64,000 nt of DNA from Ascoidea asiatica JCM 7603 (Eukaryota > Fungi > Ascomycota): assembly GCA_001600695.1 (NCBI GenBank), contig BCKQ01000006.1:70782-134781 (forward strand), in the 5' to 3' direction. The translations under genes and the position numbers were made by a program. The notes under the pieces are model-generated. The model searched no databases. It saw only the letters and a program-made list of their open reading frames with translations, and was not told where the DNA came from. Positions 36,910-48,417 of the stretch are shown piece after piece (the stretch's first letter is position 1; each line of letters begins with the position of its first letter).

Positions 36910-39879
36910 ATGTCAAGTACAAGACCTGAATTGAAATTTTCTGATAATTCAGATGAAAGAAATTTCTATAAAAATTTAAAAAAATTACCAGATTCTCCTT
37001 TAAAAACAATAAGAATATTTGATAGAGGTGATTATTATACTATATTCAATAAAGATGCTCATTTGATAGCTGAAGAGATTTATAAAACTTCAAGTGTAAT
37101 AAAAACTAAAGAAAATGTAAAATATGTTACAATAAGTAAACAAATCTTTAATAAAACTATTGAAGTATTTGTACTTTCTCAAGGTTATAAATTCGAAATA
37201 TATAATAAATCTTTTAAAATTATTAAAAATTTAACTCCAGGAGATTTAAATTCAATTGAAGAATATATAAATAATGATCAAGATAATGATAATGATAATT
37301 ATAATACGGATTCTAATAATACTAATATTGCAAGTCTTAATTCTTACCTTTCATCTTCAAATAATACTTTAATCGCTTTGAAATTATCGTTCAAAAATGA
37401 TGGATTTTACGTTGGTTTATCCTTTATTGATTCAACTTTAAAATTAATAGGAATTTGTCAATTTATTGATAATGATTTATTTTCAAATTTAGAAACTTTA
37501 TTAATTCAATTAAGTGTTAAAGAATGTATATTACCTTCATCTCATATAAATACTCATCATAATAATAATGATACTTTTAAAAAATTAATTCAAGTTTTAA
37601 ATAGATCTGATATTACAATTTCTGAATTAAAACAATCTGATTTTTCAATTGAAGATATTGAAATTGATTTAAATAAAATTTTAGTTCAATCCGATTCAAA
37701 ATTATTTAAAACAAATTCAAATCTTTCTGGTAATGATTTATCATTAAGTTGTACTTCGGCTTTATTAAATTATTTAAATATTTTAAATGATGAATCAAAT
37801 TTTAATAAATTTAAATTCATTATTCATACAATTGATAAATTTATGAAATTAGATTTATCTGCAACTAAAGCTTTAAATTTATTTCCAATTTCTTCAAATT
37901 TTAATTCTTCAACTTCTAAATTTTCAAATCTTTATGATTTATTAAATCGTTGTAAAACAACTGAAGGTAAAAGAATCTTATCTCAATGGATTAAACAACC
38001 TTTAACTGATATAAATATTATAAATTCAAGACATCTTTTAACTGGTTTTTTAGTTAATGAATCTTTAACAAGAGATTCTTTAAGAGATCAATATTTATTA
38101 CAAGTTCCAAATATTAGAAGATTAACTAGAAAATTATCTAAAAGTTCTGCAAAATTAGATGATGTTTTAAGTTTAAATAATTTAGTTGTTATTTTACCAG
38201 ATATTATAAATTTAATTCAAAGTTCTTATGATAATATAGATGAAAATAAAGATCAATATGATTTTTTACAAAATATTCATGAAAAAGATTCTGATAAAGA
38301 TTTAATTCAATTAAAAAATTTAATTAATGATGATTGGATTAAAAATTTAAATTCAAATATGTTATCATTATTAAATTTTCAAGAAATGGTTGAAAGTACA
38401 ATAGATTTAGAAGCTGCTGAAAGTCATCATTATATTGTTAAACCGTGTTTTGATCCTGAATTAACAGATTTAAAAAATCGTCTTGATCAAGCAAGAGAAG
38501 AAATTGATCAATGTCATTCAAATGTTGCGAATGATTTAGGCCTTGATGGTGAAAAAAAACTTAAATTAGAAAATCATATTAATCATGGTTATTGTTTACG
38601 AATTACAAGAAATGATTCTTCAGTTTTAAGAAAAAAAAAACATTATATTGAATTACAAACTGTTAAGGCTGGTGTATTTTTTACTACCTCTGAACTTAGA
38701 TCTTTATCAGAAGAAGCACTGCAATTACAACAAGAATATGATAAAAAGCAATCTCAGTTTGTAAAAGAGGTTATCTCTGTAGCTGCCACTTACTGTACGG
38801 TATTTGATAATTTAGCTGGAGTTTTAGCTGAAATTGATATAATTTCTTCTTTTGCTTTTGTATCCAGTTATGCCCCTGTTTCTTATGTTAGACCTTTAAT
38901 GCATGAAATGAACTCTACAGAAGGTAAAACCATAATAAAGGAAGCTCGTCATCCCTGTTTGGAAGCTCAAGATGATATTTCATTTATAAGTAATGATATT
39001 GAATTATCAAGAAATGAAAAGGAATTTTTAATAATAACAGGACCAAATATGGGGGGAAAATCAACATATATAAGGACAGTTGGTATAATAACTTTAATGG
39101 CTCAAATTGGTTGTTTCGTTCCTGCTACTGAAGCTGAATTGTCTATTGTAGATGCTATATTATCCAGAGTTGGTGCTGGTGATTCCCAATTAAAAGGATT
39201 GTCTACATTTATGTCTGAAATGTTAGAAATGTCTAGTATTTTGAAAACTGCTACTAAAAATTCTTTGATTATTATTGATGAATTGGGTAGAGGAACAAGT
39301 ACTTATGATGGATTCGGATTAGCTTGGGGTATTAGTGAACATATTGCCAAAAAAATACATGCCTTTACATTATTTGCTACTCATTTTCATGAGCTAACTT
39401 CTTTGGCAGATCAAGTTCCTACTGTTCATAATCTTCATGTAGTTGCACATATAAATGATAATCAACTCAATGAGGAAGATACAAATACTGAAAATATAAC
39501 TTTGCTTTATAAAGTAGAGCCAGGTATATCTGATCAATCATTTGGTATTCATGTGGCAGAAATTGTAAAATTTCCTTCTAAAATTATTCATATGGCAAAG
39601 AGAAAAGCATCCGAATTAGAAGACTATGGAACTAAAAAGAATGGTTCAAGGGATGATCCATATGTTGCTGACAAAAGAACTAAATGTAATTCAACTGAGA
39701 TAATTGAGGGAAATAATTTACTAAAAAGAATTCTTCAGAGCTGGAGATCTGAAGTTGGAAATGATCTTGATCAAATGAAGGCTGATGAGGCTGCAGCCAA
39801 ATTAAAAAACCTAGTACATAACAAATTTAAAGATGAAATAAAAGGAAGTAAATTTTTACAAGAAGTTCTATCTTTATAG
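36910..39879 (+). CDS. MSH2: Mismatch repair ATPase MutS homologue 2
   Basis: MSSTRPELKF start, TGPNMGGKSTYIR, STFMSEMLE, IIDELGRGTSTYDGFG and DQSFGIHVAE. Confidence 0.98.
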   Translation: MSSTRPELKFSDNSDERNFYKNLKKLPDSPLKTIRIFDRGDYYTIFNKDAHLIAEEIYKTSSVIKTKENVKYVTISKQIFNKTIEVFVLSQGYKFEIYNKSFKIIKNLTPGDLNSIEEYINNDQDNDNDNYNTDSNNTNIASLNSYLSSSNNTLIALKLSFKNDGFYVGLSFIDSTLKLIGICQFIDNDLFSNLETLLIQLSVKECILPSSHINTHHNNNDTFKKLIQVLNRSDITISELKQSDFSIEDIEIDLNKILVQSDSKLFKTNSNLSGNDLSLSCTSALLNYLNILNDESNFNKFKFIIHTIDKFMKLDLSATKALNLFPISSNFNSSTSKFSNLYDLLNRCKTTEGKRILSQWIKQPLTDINIINSRHLLTGFLVNESLTRDSLRDQYLLQVPNIRRLTRKLSKSSAKLDDVLSLNNLVVILPDIINLIQSSYDNIDENKDQYDFLQNIHEKDSDKDLIQLKNLINDDWIKNLNSNMLSLLNFQEMVESTIDLEAAESHHYIVKPCFDPELTDLKNRLDQAREEIDQCHSNVANDLGLDGEKKLKLENHINHGYCLRITRNDSSVLRKKKHYIELQTVKAGVFFTTSELRSLSEEALQLQQEYDKKQSQFVKEVISVAATYCTVFDNLAGVLAEIDIISSFAFVSSYAPVSYVRPLMHEMNSTEGKTIIKEARHPCLEAQDDISFISNDIELSRNEKEFLIITGPNMGGKSTYIRTVGIITLMAQIGCFVPATEAELSIVDAILSRVGAGDSQLKGLSTFMSEMLEMSSILKTATKNSLIIIDELGRGTSTYDGFGLAWGISEHIAKKIHAFTLFATHFHELTSLADQVPTVHNLHVVAHINDNQLNEEDTNTENITLLYKVEPGISDQSFGIHVAEIVKFPSKIIHMAKRKASELEDYGTKKNGSRDDPYVADKRTKCNSTEIIEGNNLLKRILQSWRSEVGNDLDQMKADEAAAKLKNLVHNKFKDEIKGSKFLQEVLSL

Positions 39880-40076
39880 TTTTTCTTTGATTACTTTTAT
39901 AAAATGATTACCTGAAACAATTTTAGACAATCTAATTTAGGATTTATATATATAATGAAAAAAGTGTTCTTCTCAGATTACCGGAGAAGAATTATAATGC
40001 ATTTGAAACTAGAATGAAAACAATAAAATAAAAACAGTAAAATAAATATACAATAAATAAAAAGATGAAGTAAAAT

Positions 40077-43000
40077 CTATACAGAAACACCTTCAGTGCT
40101 TGAGGGAATCATAAATCCAAAAATACTAGACATATCAACAAAACGACGAGCACAATTATCAAGATACTTTTCTACAACACTCCTGGACGCATCAAATAAA
40201 TCTCTATTTTGCTCACATAAAGCAGTAACCTGTGCAGAAGGTAATTTTGAAGGGATATCATCTTCATTTTTAGCCTCTGAATGAATGTATAATGGTCTGA
40301 GAGCCTCTTTTTTATTTTTTTCAATATCAAATATTGAATCAAAATACAATAGCTGATTATACAACTGTTTATCACTGAAGCGATATCTCATTATTCCTTT
40401 ACATTCTTTTGATTTTCCACCAGTTCCAATACAGCATCGGCCATATACTGATATTTGCCTTGTAATAATACCACAAGCAGGATCATCACACACAACCCAA
40501 CCAGCATAATATAGAGAAATATATGATCTTATAATATTTTCCAACTGGGCGTTTAGCATTAAAGGCGTTATCATAGAATCACATTTAGAACATTTAATCC
40601 CTTTAAAAGTTACTTGATAATCATTCGATGCCTGTATACCTCCAAAACGAAATTTTGATTCACAATTAGCACATTTCACCCAAAGAGCATGACAATCTTG
40701 AAATCTATCTTTATCTGTTAAACTATGTTCCAAAGGTTCTAACTCCTGATTATTTCCTGAATTATTTCCTCTATTTTTATATTTACTGCCATCAAGACCT
40801 AAAGATTCAGCTAGTCTAACAGGATCAACACCCTCTATTCTTTCCAATAATCTTTCAATTGGAGCTAAAATTTGTTTTTCAAGATAATATTTGGAATCTG
40901 GCTTATAAACTGAATCTTTTGCTAAAACCTCTTTCAACGATCTTGCTCTATCAGCTGTCGAGGTTCCATCTTCACCTTCTGTTATTATATAAGTAACAAC
41001 AGAGCCTGCTTTTATGATAACCCCACTTTTTCTCAATCTTAAAGCAACTTGAACTTGTGGCATTTTTGCACCATTTGGATAATTTTTAGGATCTTTTGAT
41101 AATTTGGTATTTATTTTGAACTTATCTGCCCTGTATTCGTTTTCTTTAATTTTCTTGCTGACATCAGTTAAATAGTCGTATATTTCAGTTAATAGCTCAT
41201 CTGAATCACTTTCTGATCCCAACAATTTTTCTAAAACAAAAATAGAAACTTCTTTAGATAGTGGACAATACTCTCTTCTTCTCATATCAAGACCTTTGAC
41301 TTCTAAAGTAGTAGAAAGATCTCCGTTTTTTTCTGTTACATTAAGGGCAGCATATTTCTTCTTAGCATGCAAAAGAATTCTTTTAAATATATTATCAATG
41401 TCAATTTCCAATAATCTGAAACGTTCATTGATTTTTAATTTAAATTCTTCCCCAATCTTTAAAGCTTCTTTGTAATCTTGAGTACCTGTATCAATCATAA
41501 CCGAATCAGTATCACCATAAATAACTTTGAGATTTATAGACTCTGCCATTTGACGTGTATCCATCAAAATTTCTCTACCTTTATTTGTGACCAACATGGC
41601 TAGCGGTTTAGCATAAAATCTACTATTTACATAACCTAAACAACCATACATAGAATTGGCAGTCAATTTTAGAGCTTGTTGTCTAATATCATATTGCATT
41701 CTTTCAAAGTTTGTATTTTTTGGATCTTTCAAAAGCTTTTTAACTTCTCGACGACGACTAACTAAGGTATGCAATAATCTAGGTAAAACTCCCTGCTCAG
41801 TATTATGATCAGGATACTCTGGTAGTTCCTCATCATTATGATTGATATTGTATTCATCTCTTTCCACAGTGGTAAAACAAATATTGAACTCTTGAATAAT
41901 ACTAGGATAAAGCGAGTTGTAATCCATTACCAAAATATAATTTCTATGTAACCCCTTTTCAGGATCAAAAACCAAACCACCTTGAAATTTGGACTTTTTG
42001 TTTGAAACTTGAGTTTGAGCAGAATCTTCATCATTAGGGATTTGGGTATCTTGAGTTTGTTGCTGGACTTCCTTTAAATTAGCATTCTTTCTCTGCCAAT
42101 TAGACTCTTTGTCAGGTATAATAAATCCTTTTCTAGAAAATTCATGTAAAAGAATACTTTCATTTCTACCTGCTCTGGTACCATTTAATGTTAGCGACCA
42201 AGCATTACCAGCAATATTTGTAAGCTGCTTAGATAATGATAATATCTGAATTTCAAATGCTATTTCCGCTGATATTCGAACTGTTGCAAGATTTTCTTTT
42301 AGTACCATCATTAAAAAAGTGGGGTCATCAGAATATTGAGGATCATTCAAATTATAATCCAAGACAAAATGTTTTTTCTTACAACATACTTCATACATTT
42401 CATTCAAATCCCATGACTGACATTTACTTGTTAATGATTGACCTAATTCATTGGCAATATCACATAACAATCTACCTTGGAAAATTTCTCGTAATTGAAT
42501 ATTATTCGAACCAGCTCCACGACTACGACGAGTAAATGATTCTGGCCAAGATTTTCTGTTTCTTCGTCCAAGGAATGACCATGTTTGAATATTTAAACTG
42601 TGTAGCCTATGAACCAAAACATCTAACGAGATATTTTCTAAGCGATGACCGATAAATACATCTGGATCAACTTGTTTTATCATGGCCATTAGACAACCAA
42701 GTAAAGCTTTCTCAGAGTTAAAAGTTCTGAGTGGAAAGTTATGCTTCTTAGCAAGTGCATTAAAACCTGGAGGAAGACTTGATTTTAGAACTCCAACTGG
42801 TCTAACCAAAGTGAATATATCATCTGGCTTCAAATTTTCATCAATTGGTTGATCTTGAGGTAAATTTTTAAAAGTGGCAAACGAAACTGAAGCAACTTCT
42901 TGTGTGTTGTCCTTGGCGTTCATTATCGTCTGAACAGAAATTGACATACAATTTAAAGAAGGTGGAATTAAATTTAATTCCTTTTGTTTAATATCTTCCA

Positions 43001-44993
43001 TAACCTTAACAAATTTAGGATCCGAAACTGAAACTTCAATTCCACAATGAGATATATTACTCAAAGCTGTGAAATCAGGATTAGATATTTCTAGCCAACA
43101 TGGTCCCATGATATTATTCTGTAAAATAAAACTTTCAAATATACTAGTATTCGAGCCAAAAACTTTTGAGAAAGTTTCACCCTCTAAATCTGAAGGAATA
43201 TTAACTTTTCTGTTCAAAGGTGTCTGGTAAGGTAATAGAACCTTCAAATAATCAGCTTCTTTGGGAATTTCAGGTAATTCAAAACAATATTTCTTAGTTT
43301 CAGGTTTTGCTCTTAGCGTTTTCAACCCATATTTTCCTACAATTAAAGGAACAATTTCCTCATGAACATCTGCTGTAGTTATTTCTTTTACGTCATCATC
43401 ATTATCATTGTTGTCATCATTATCAACTTCTTCTTCCTTATCTTCGGATTTTTTTTCGATCCCTTCAGATTTATTACTTTCTTTGTTCTTTTGCTTATCA
43501 CCATCATCATCATTATTAACAGATTCAACTTTTTCCTTTGAAGGCTTTTTGAAAGTTCTTGGAAGAAAATACAATTCTTTACAGATATTATTAATTTGAA
43601 CAACACCTGAAACAAATTTTTGTTTTTTATTATTTTTATTATTTTTCAAATTAGAATTACTATCATAATCATTCACAGGAATTTTTCCAAATAAAAGTAA
43701 AGAATTATCAGCCGCTTCAGCATAATCAATCCAATACATTTTAAAAGTATCATTTGAATCTAAAATATCATCTTCTGAAACTTTTTTACTAGGAGACATA
43801 TAATTTTTAGAAGGTGATGAAGATGGATTTAAATTCATATTATAATTATTGGCAGCACATGGAGCTTTTATTTCAACTTTTTTTGAAGTCATATTTACGT
43901 CTCTTTTTATATTACCTGTTGTTCCTCTAGGTCTTTTTGCAGCAATAAATTCATCATCTGAGTCAGAATCAAAATCTGATTCTGGCTCTGATTTTATTTT
44001 TAAATTTGATTCTTTTTCAGATTCTGTTTTCTTAATTTCTTTTACTTCTTCTTCCTTTTTAATTTTTAAAGATTCCTTTGAAGGTAAATTCGAAGCAGGA
44101 TTAGGATCATCAAAATCCATTGATGCAAAATCCACATCATGATCAAAATCATTGTCCATTTGAAAATCATCATCATCATCATCATCATTATATAGATTAG
44201 ATACTTTCTTTGGGAAATTGCTACTACTTGATATTTTTTTTGTTGGAGAAGATAATACGAGAAACTCATTATCCTTTGATCTAAATGATGGGAATGTAGT
44301 TGTAGATGATTTTGACGTTCTTGAAGAAAATAATCTTTTTCTTTTTGGTGAGGATCTAGTGGTTAATAAATCTAAATCATCAAAATTATCATCGTTTTGA
44401 AAATCAAATTTTTGTCTAAATTTTGAAGTATTTTTTGAAATTGAATTATTATTATTTTTATTCCCGCTTTTATTTGAATCTTTGAGAGAGTTTTTATCAT
44501 TTTTATCATTATCATCATCATAGAAATCATTTAATATATCGTCAACATTAGTTAATTTTTTAGAGTTTGAACTTTTATTATTTGAAGAATTTTTATTATT
44601 TATATTAATATTAGGTTTGAAAAACTGATTGATTTTCATGGTTTTTCTAATTCTTCTTCGTTTTATTGGTTTGATTGAGCCATCGGGATTAACTTGATCA
44701 ATATCATTATCATCAATTTCATATTCCTCATTATCTTTATTATTATCATCATCATCAGAATAATATTTATGTTTTTGATCCCAATCATCTAATCCATTAT
44801 CTGCATAACCCTCACCATTATCATCTACTATGAAATCATCTTTTAATAGGTTATCCCTTTTACGTCTTCTAAAAGTTTCTTCATCCACTTCTTCATAAAT
44901 ACTTTCAAATTCAGGATCTTCATATCCTCCACGCACAGAAGTCTTATTTGCTCGAGCAGCTCTCAATGCTGCAAATTTATCTTTTCTTGCCAT
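40077..44993 (-). CDS. POL1: DNA polymerase alpha catalytic subunit
   Basis: DDFIVDDNGEGY N-terminal motif, motifs A (DYNSLYPS), B (KLTANSMYG) and C (YGDTDS), and C-terminal Zn fingers. First ATG at 44993. Confidence 0.98.
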   Translation of the reverse strand: MARKDKFAALRAARANKTSVRGGYEDPEFESIYEEVDEETFRRRKRDNLLKDDFIVDDNGEGYADNGLDDWDQKHKYYSDDDDNNKDNEEYEIDDNDIDQVNPDGSIKPIKRRRIRKTMKINQFFKPNININNKNSSNNKSSNSKKLTNVDDILNDFYDDDNDKNDKNSLKDSNKSGNKNNNNSISKNTSKFRQKFDFQNDDNFDDLDLLTTRSSPKRKRLFSSRTSKSSTTTFPSFRSKDNEFLVLSSPTKKISSSSNFPKKVSNLYNDDDDDDDFQMDNDFDHDVDFASMDFDDPNPASNLPSKESLKIKKEEEVKEIKKTESEKESNLKIKSEPESDFDSDSDDEFIAAKRPRGTTGNIKRDVNMTSKKVEIKAPCAANNYNMNLNPSSSPSKNYMSPSKKVSEDDILDSNDTFKMYWIDYAEAADNSLLLFGKIPVNDYDSNSNLKNNKNNKKQKFVSGVVQINNICKELYFLPRTFKKPSKEKVESVNNDDDGDKQKNKESNKSEGIEKKSEDKEEEVDNDDNNDNDDDVKEITTADVHEEIVPLIVGKYGLKTLRAKPETKKYCFELPEIPKEADYLKVLLPYQTPLNRKVNIPSDLEGETFSKVFGSNTSIFESFILQNNIMGPCWLEISNPDFTALSNISHCGIEVSVSDPKFVKVMEDIKQKELNLIPPSLNCMSISVQTIMNAKDNTQEVASVSFATFKNLPQDQPIDENLKPDDIFTLVRPVGVLKSSLPPGFNALAKKHNFPLRTFNSEKALLGCLMAMIKQVDPDVFIGHRLENISLDVLVHRLHSLNIQTWSFLGRRNRKSWPESFTRRSRGAGSNNIQLREIFQGRLLCDIANELGQSLTSKCQSWDLNEMYEVCCKKKHFVLDYNLNDPQYSDDPTFLMMVLKENLATVRISAEIAFEIQILSLSKQLTNIAGNAWSLTLNGTRAGRNESILLHEFSRKGFIIPDKESNWQRKNANLKEVQQQTQDTQIPNDEDSAQTQVSNKKSKFQGGLVFDPEKGLHRNYILVMDYNSLYPSIIQEFNICFTTVERDEYNINHNDEELPEYPDHNTEQGVLPRLLHTLVSRRREVKKLLKDPKNTNFERMQYDIRQQALKLTANSMYGCLGYVNSRFYAKPLAMLVTNKGREILMDTRQMAESINLKVIYGDTDSVMIDTGTQDYKEALKIGEEFKLKINERFRLLEIDIDNIFKRILLHAKKKYAALNVTEKNGDLSTTLEVKGLDMRRREYCPLSKEVSIFVLEKLLGSESDSDELLTEIYDYLTDVSKKIKENEYRADKFKINTKLSKDPKNYPNGAKMPQVQVALRLRKSGVIIKAGSVVTYIITEGEDGTSTADRARSLKEVLAKDSVYKPDSKYYLEKQILAPIERLLERIEGVDPVRLAESLGLDGSKYKNRGNNSGNNQELEPLEHSLTDKDRFQDCHALWVKCANCESKFRFGGIQASNDYQVTFKGIKCSKCDSMITPLMLNAQLENIIRSYISLYYAGWVVCDDPACGIITRQISVYGRCCIGTGGKSKECKGIMRYRFSDKQLYNQLLYFDSIFDIEKNKKEALRPLYIHSEAKNEDDIPSKLPSAQVTALCEQNRDLFDASRSVVEKYLDNCARRFVDMSSIFGFMIPSSTEGVSV

Positions 44994-45198
44994 TACTATT
45001 TGGAAAATAAAGTGACAGAGAAACACCAAATAATAAAATAACTGCTTCCTGATCTGAGTATGTTTGAATTGGAGATATATAACTTATGATCAGATATTAT
45101 CAAAATAGAAAAACATCCCAGCTTAAAGCGATTCAGAACAAAAAAATGAAATTCTTCTCCAAGTGCACTAAGATTGAAAACTTGAATATTAAAAGAAG

Positions 45199-45204
45199 AC
45201 GCGT
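45199..45204. promoter_or_regulatory. MCB element (ACGCGT) upstream of POL1
   Basis: Exact MluI box about 205 bp upstream of the POL1 ATG. Confidence 0.65.
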
Positions 45205-45954
45205 CACGTAAACAATTAATTAATAGAACACTGAAATAAAATATCGTTTATTTTTACGTGTCAGATTTTGGCTGCGGCCCGTGTCTTTTCCGTTCTTGAG
45301 TCCACTTTTGTGGTTTTTATTTTGGATTCTACTTTTTTTTTCAAGTGATCTATTTCTTGGTCTGGAACGGGCAAAGCGCTGATGCTGACAAAGTTACTTA
45401 AGGAAATTGGCTTCAATGACAAATAAACAATATCAAAAAGCAATCAGGCAAATATCAAAATAAAATATAGATCGAATAGCTTATAAACCATATTTTTTTT
45501 AAATTTAAACATCCAAAAGTGATTAATCATTGGCTTTATTACAAATGCACTCCAGACTTTCCAAGAGATGCACTTTCCTCAAATAGTGTGTATGCTCTCG
45601 TAATCTATTGTCAGCTACTGCAGTTAATCAATCCTATCGTCAATGGTTATCAATTATGACTTTGTTTCGAGCTCCAGAATCTTCAATGTTTTGTAATAAT
45701 AAATAATGATTAGATTTTTTGTGGGTTTTAAATCTTTGGGATAATGAATTTTTATTGGTTATTGTTATGAATCTCTTCAAGGGATTATAAATCTACAAAT
45801 CTATCAAAAAGGCACTACATAATATACTGAAGAATTACTTAATATAAATTAAAGCATTCTTCCACTATAATATTTTTAAAAACTTTACAGAAATCAATCA
45901 AAATAATCAAATATAAATTTTTATAATATATCAAATTAGTCAAATCAATTCACA

Positions 45955-46650
45955 ATGCCAGTTATAAAAATTTTTCAAAAGAAAATATCTTTAGAACAAA
46001 GAGATCAATCTAATAACATTACTACAAGCGCTATCAGCTACAACAGTAATTCGGACGATCAAAATGGAAGTGATATCAATAATTATAATTCAACTGGCAC
46101 TGATAATAGTTCAAATAATTATTCTAATCATACAGCAGAAACATTGCATTGGCATTCAGGAAAATGGTTATTGTTTTTAATACCTCTAATTTTTTTCTTT
46201 ATACTTATTTATATCATTTATAAAAATAAAAGCGAAAATTATAAAAGAACCAGATTACTTTTTGGTAATTTATCAAAAGATCAAGTAATAATCAAATTTA
46301 ATAATATTTTCAAAAGGCCTCCAACTTATTCTATCTCGGAAAAACAAAAGAATATGAGTACCAATAACAATAAAAAAAATAATGGTTTTAACTCAAATAT
46401 TCAATTACCTTTGTATACTCAAAGCCTAACAAATAATGATGCCGGATCTTATGATAATGATGGTTTCTTTCAACCAAGTGATTCATTTTTGAAAACAAAA
46501 TCAAAATCAAATTTAAATGCTCATAAGAGGGTTGCTGCAAAGGAAAATATAATCAAACAAAATTTTAAGTTTATACCTAAACTTTCTAATACTATTCTAT
46601 CTATACCTCCTTTGGCACATATCAAATCTAATAATAAAGAAACAAATTAA
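45955..46650 (+). CDS. RCR-family PY-motif membrane protein, array copy 1 (divergent)
   Basis: WHSGKW plus TM helix, PPTY, and LPLYT...NDAGSYDNDG. Confidence 0.8.
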   Translation: MPVIKIFQKKISLEQRDQSNNITTSAISYNSNSDDQNGSDINNYNSTGTDNSSNNYSNHTAETLHWHSGKWLLFLIPLIFFFILIYIIYKNKSENYKRTRLLFGNLSKDQVIIKFNNIFKRPPTYSISEKQKNMSTNNNKKNNGFNSNIQLPLYTQSLTNNDAGSYDNDGFFQPSDSFLKTKSKSNLNAHKRVAAKENIIKQNFKFIPKLSNTILSIPPLAHIKSNNKETN

Positions 46651-48417
46651 ATTTTGATATTATTCTATTAAAACTATAATTATTATCATGTTTTTTTTGA
46701 TTTTTCTCTTCCTTTTTTGCTTTTTGTTCCTTTTGATTAATGAATTGTTTTTTCTTAATTTTTTATTAAATCTTAAATTTTTACTCATTGTAGCGGCTTC
46801 GAAATGGTCAAGAACTTTCGAATATTAATTATTGTTTTTGAAGTTCAATTTTTTTCTATGGATATTTTGAACCACACACAAAGTATCCAAAACTAGGTTC
46901 TGATTGAATGAAAAATAATAGAGAAAAATAATTTTGAATTTCAAGATGAAAACAATTTAAACTTTATAAATCATTGCGGATTTTTTTTCTGGGGTTTTCC
47001 TAGGAAAAGACAGTGCTACGAATATTTGCAAAAAGTTTGTTTTTTTGAAATCTGAATCTCAAATTAGTTCGAATTAGTATCTAAATTGGTTTGAAGTTAG
47101 TTTGAACTAAGGATAAAGAAATAAGCATGCAAGTTGATATATAATGGCAGAAAGAAAGAATCAAATATATACAAGCAAAAGTATTGGCCCTTTAGTTCAA
47201 AAAATAAATTTCTTTTGTCTTTTAGTAGAATAAGTGTATCATATTTTTTTTTAAAAAGATTGAATTTATAAAATACACTAGCAATCATGACTTGTAAATT
47301 CATTTAATAGTTTATTAATAGTGAAAGCAGTAGAAGATCAACTCAAACTTCTAATCTTTCAAAAAATAAATATTGAAAGATATTATCTTATTGAATGTTA
47401 CCACAAATCCCTAGAATTCAGTCAATCAATTTGCTGATAAAAAGTTTGGTTAAGAAGGATTATATTTTTTTTGGCTCAAGTATTATCAAGGCCAAAAGCT
47501 TTATGCAGGGAAGTAAATAGGAAGAAGTAATGTTATGCATATACCTGCATTTAACACTTTTTTTAGGAAGATAATGCGAGAGAAAAAAAGCTCCCCTCAA
47601 ACCAGGAATATTCTTCAAACACAAAAAGGAAATCAAACACCCTCCAGATATGGATTTTGTTTTTTTTAGCACTTGTCTTAAGAGGCCCGTGGAAAGGAAC
47701 AAATTTCCCGCAACAAGGGAAACGGGTCGGGAGAGTCCACTTTTTTAATCTCCTTTCCAAATCATGTGTGTAATAAGAATATTGATTATTATTCTGGATT
47801 ATTGAAAATATAAGCAGCTCAGCCATTAAAAATTGTACTGTAAATACTTTTAAACAAACTAAAGTTTTGTTGTTTATTACTATACTAATAATCTAATACA
47901 TTACAGTGTTTGTTATTTACAATTTGATTTGATTTTGAAAAGCTCATCGATTTGTAAACAATTCCAAGTTACTTAGAAAAAAAAGCATTGGTAATAGATA
48001 ACAAAAACTATTTGTCGGTTTTAATTGGACTGAAATGAACTTTGAAGCAGTTTACTTTGTTTTGAAATGATAGATTGATGCTTTTTTTTTGCAGAATTGT
48101 TCTAGTAATTAGTCATGTCTGATGGAAATAGGCTGGATTTTTTTTCTCAATCAAAAATACAGCCAATGTTTATGATAATGGTATTCATTTTATCACATAT
48201 TTTATCTATTTGTAATAATTTACTTCATTTTTCTTACTTTCATTTAAGAGGAAAAAAAAAGTACCCCGATATAAGAACATTCACTTCTCAATAAATTAGA
48301 CGACTTTTTCCTTGTTTTAACTTGTGGTTTGTATAGTTGAAATACATTTTTTTAAAGAAATTGGAATTTTAATGATAAACTCTAGCAAGTTACTTAAATC
48401 AAAAATATTGAGTAATA

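Noticed and set aside
41905-41930. Pol1 motif A reads DYNSLYPS rather than DFNSLYPS
   Set aside because: A conservative aromatic change. The catalytic Asp and steric-gate Tyr are intact, so there is no basis for a functional claim.
631-44400. Many short antisense or alternate-frame ORFs within VAC7, MIF2, APE4, JSN1, POL1 and others
   Set aside because: These are shadows of low-complexity or codon-biased real genes, with no recognisable motifs.
47097-47826. Three short minus-strand ORFs between RCR copies 1 and 2
   Set aside because: No family motifs and no RCR remnants found. Consistent with promoter DNA.
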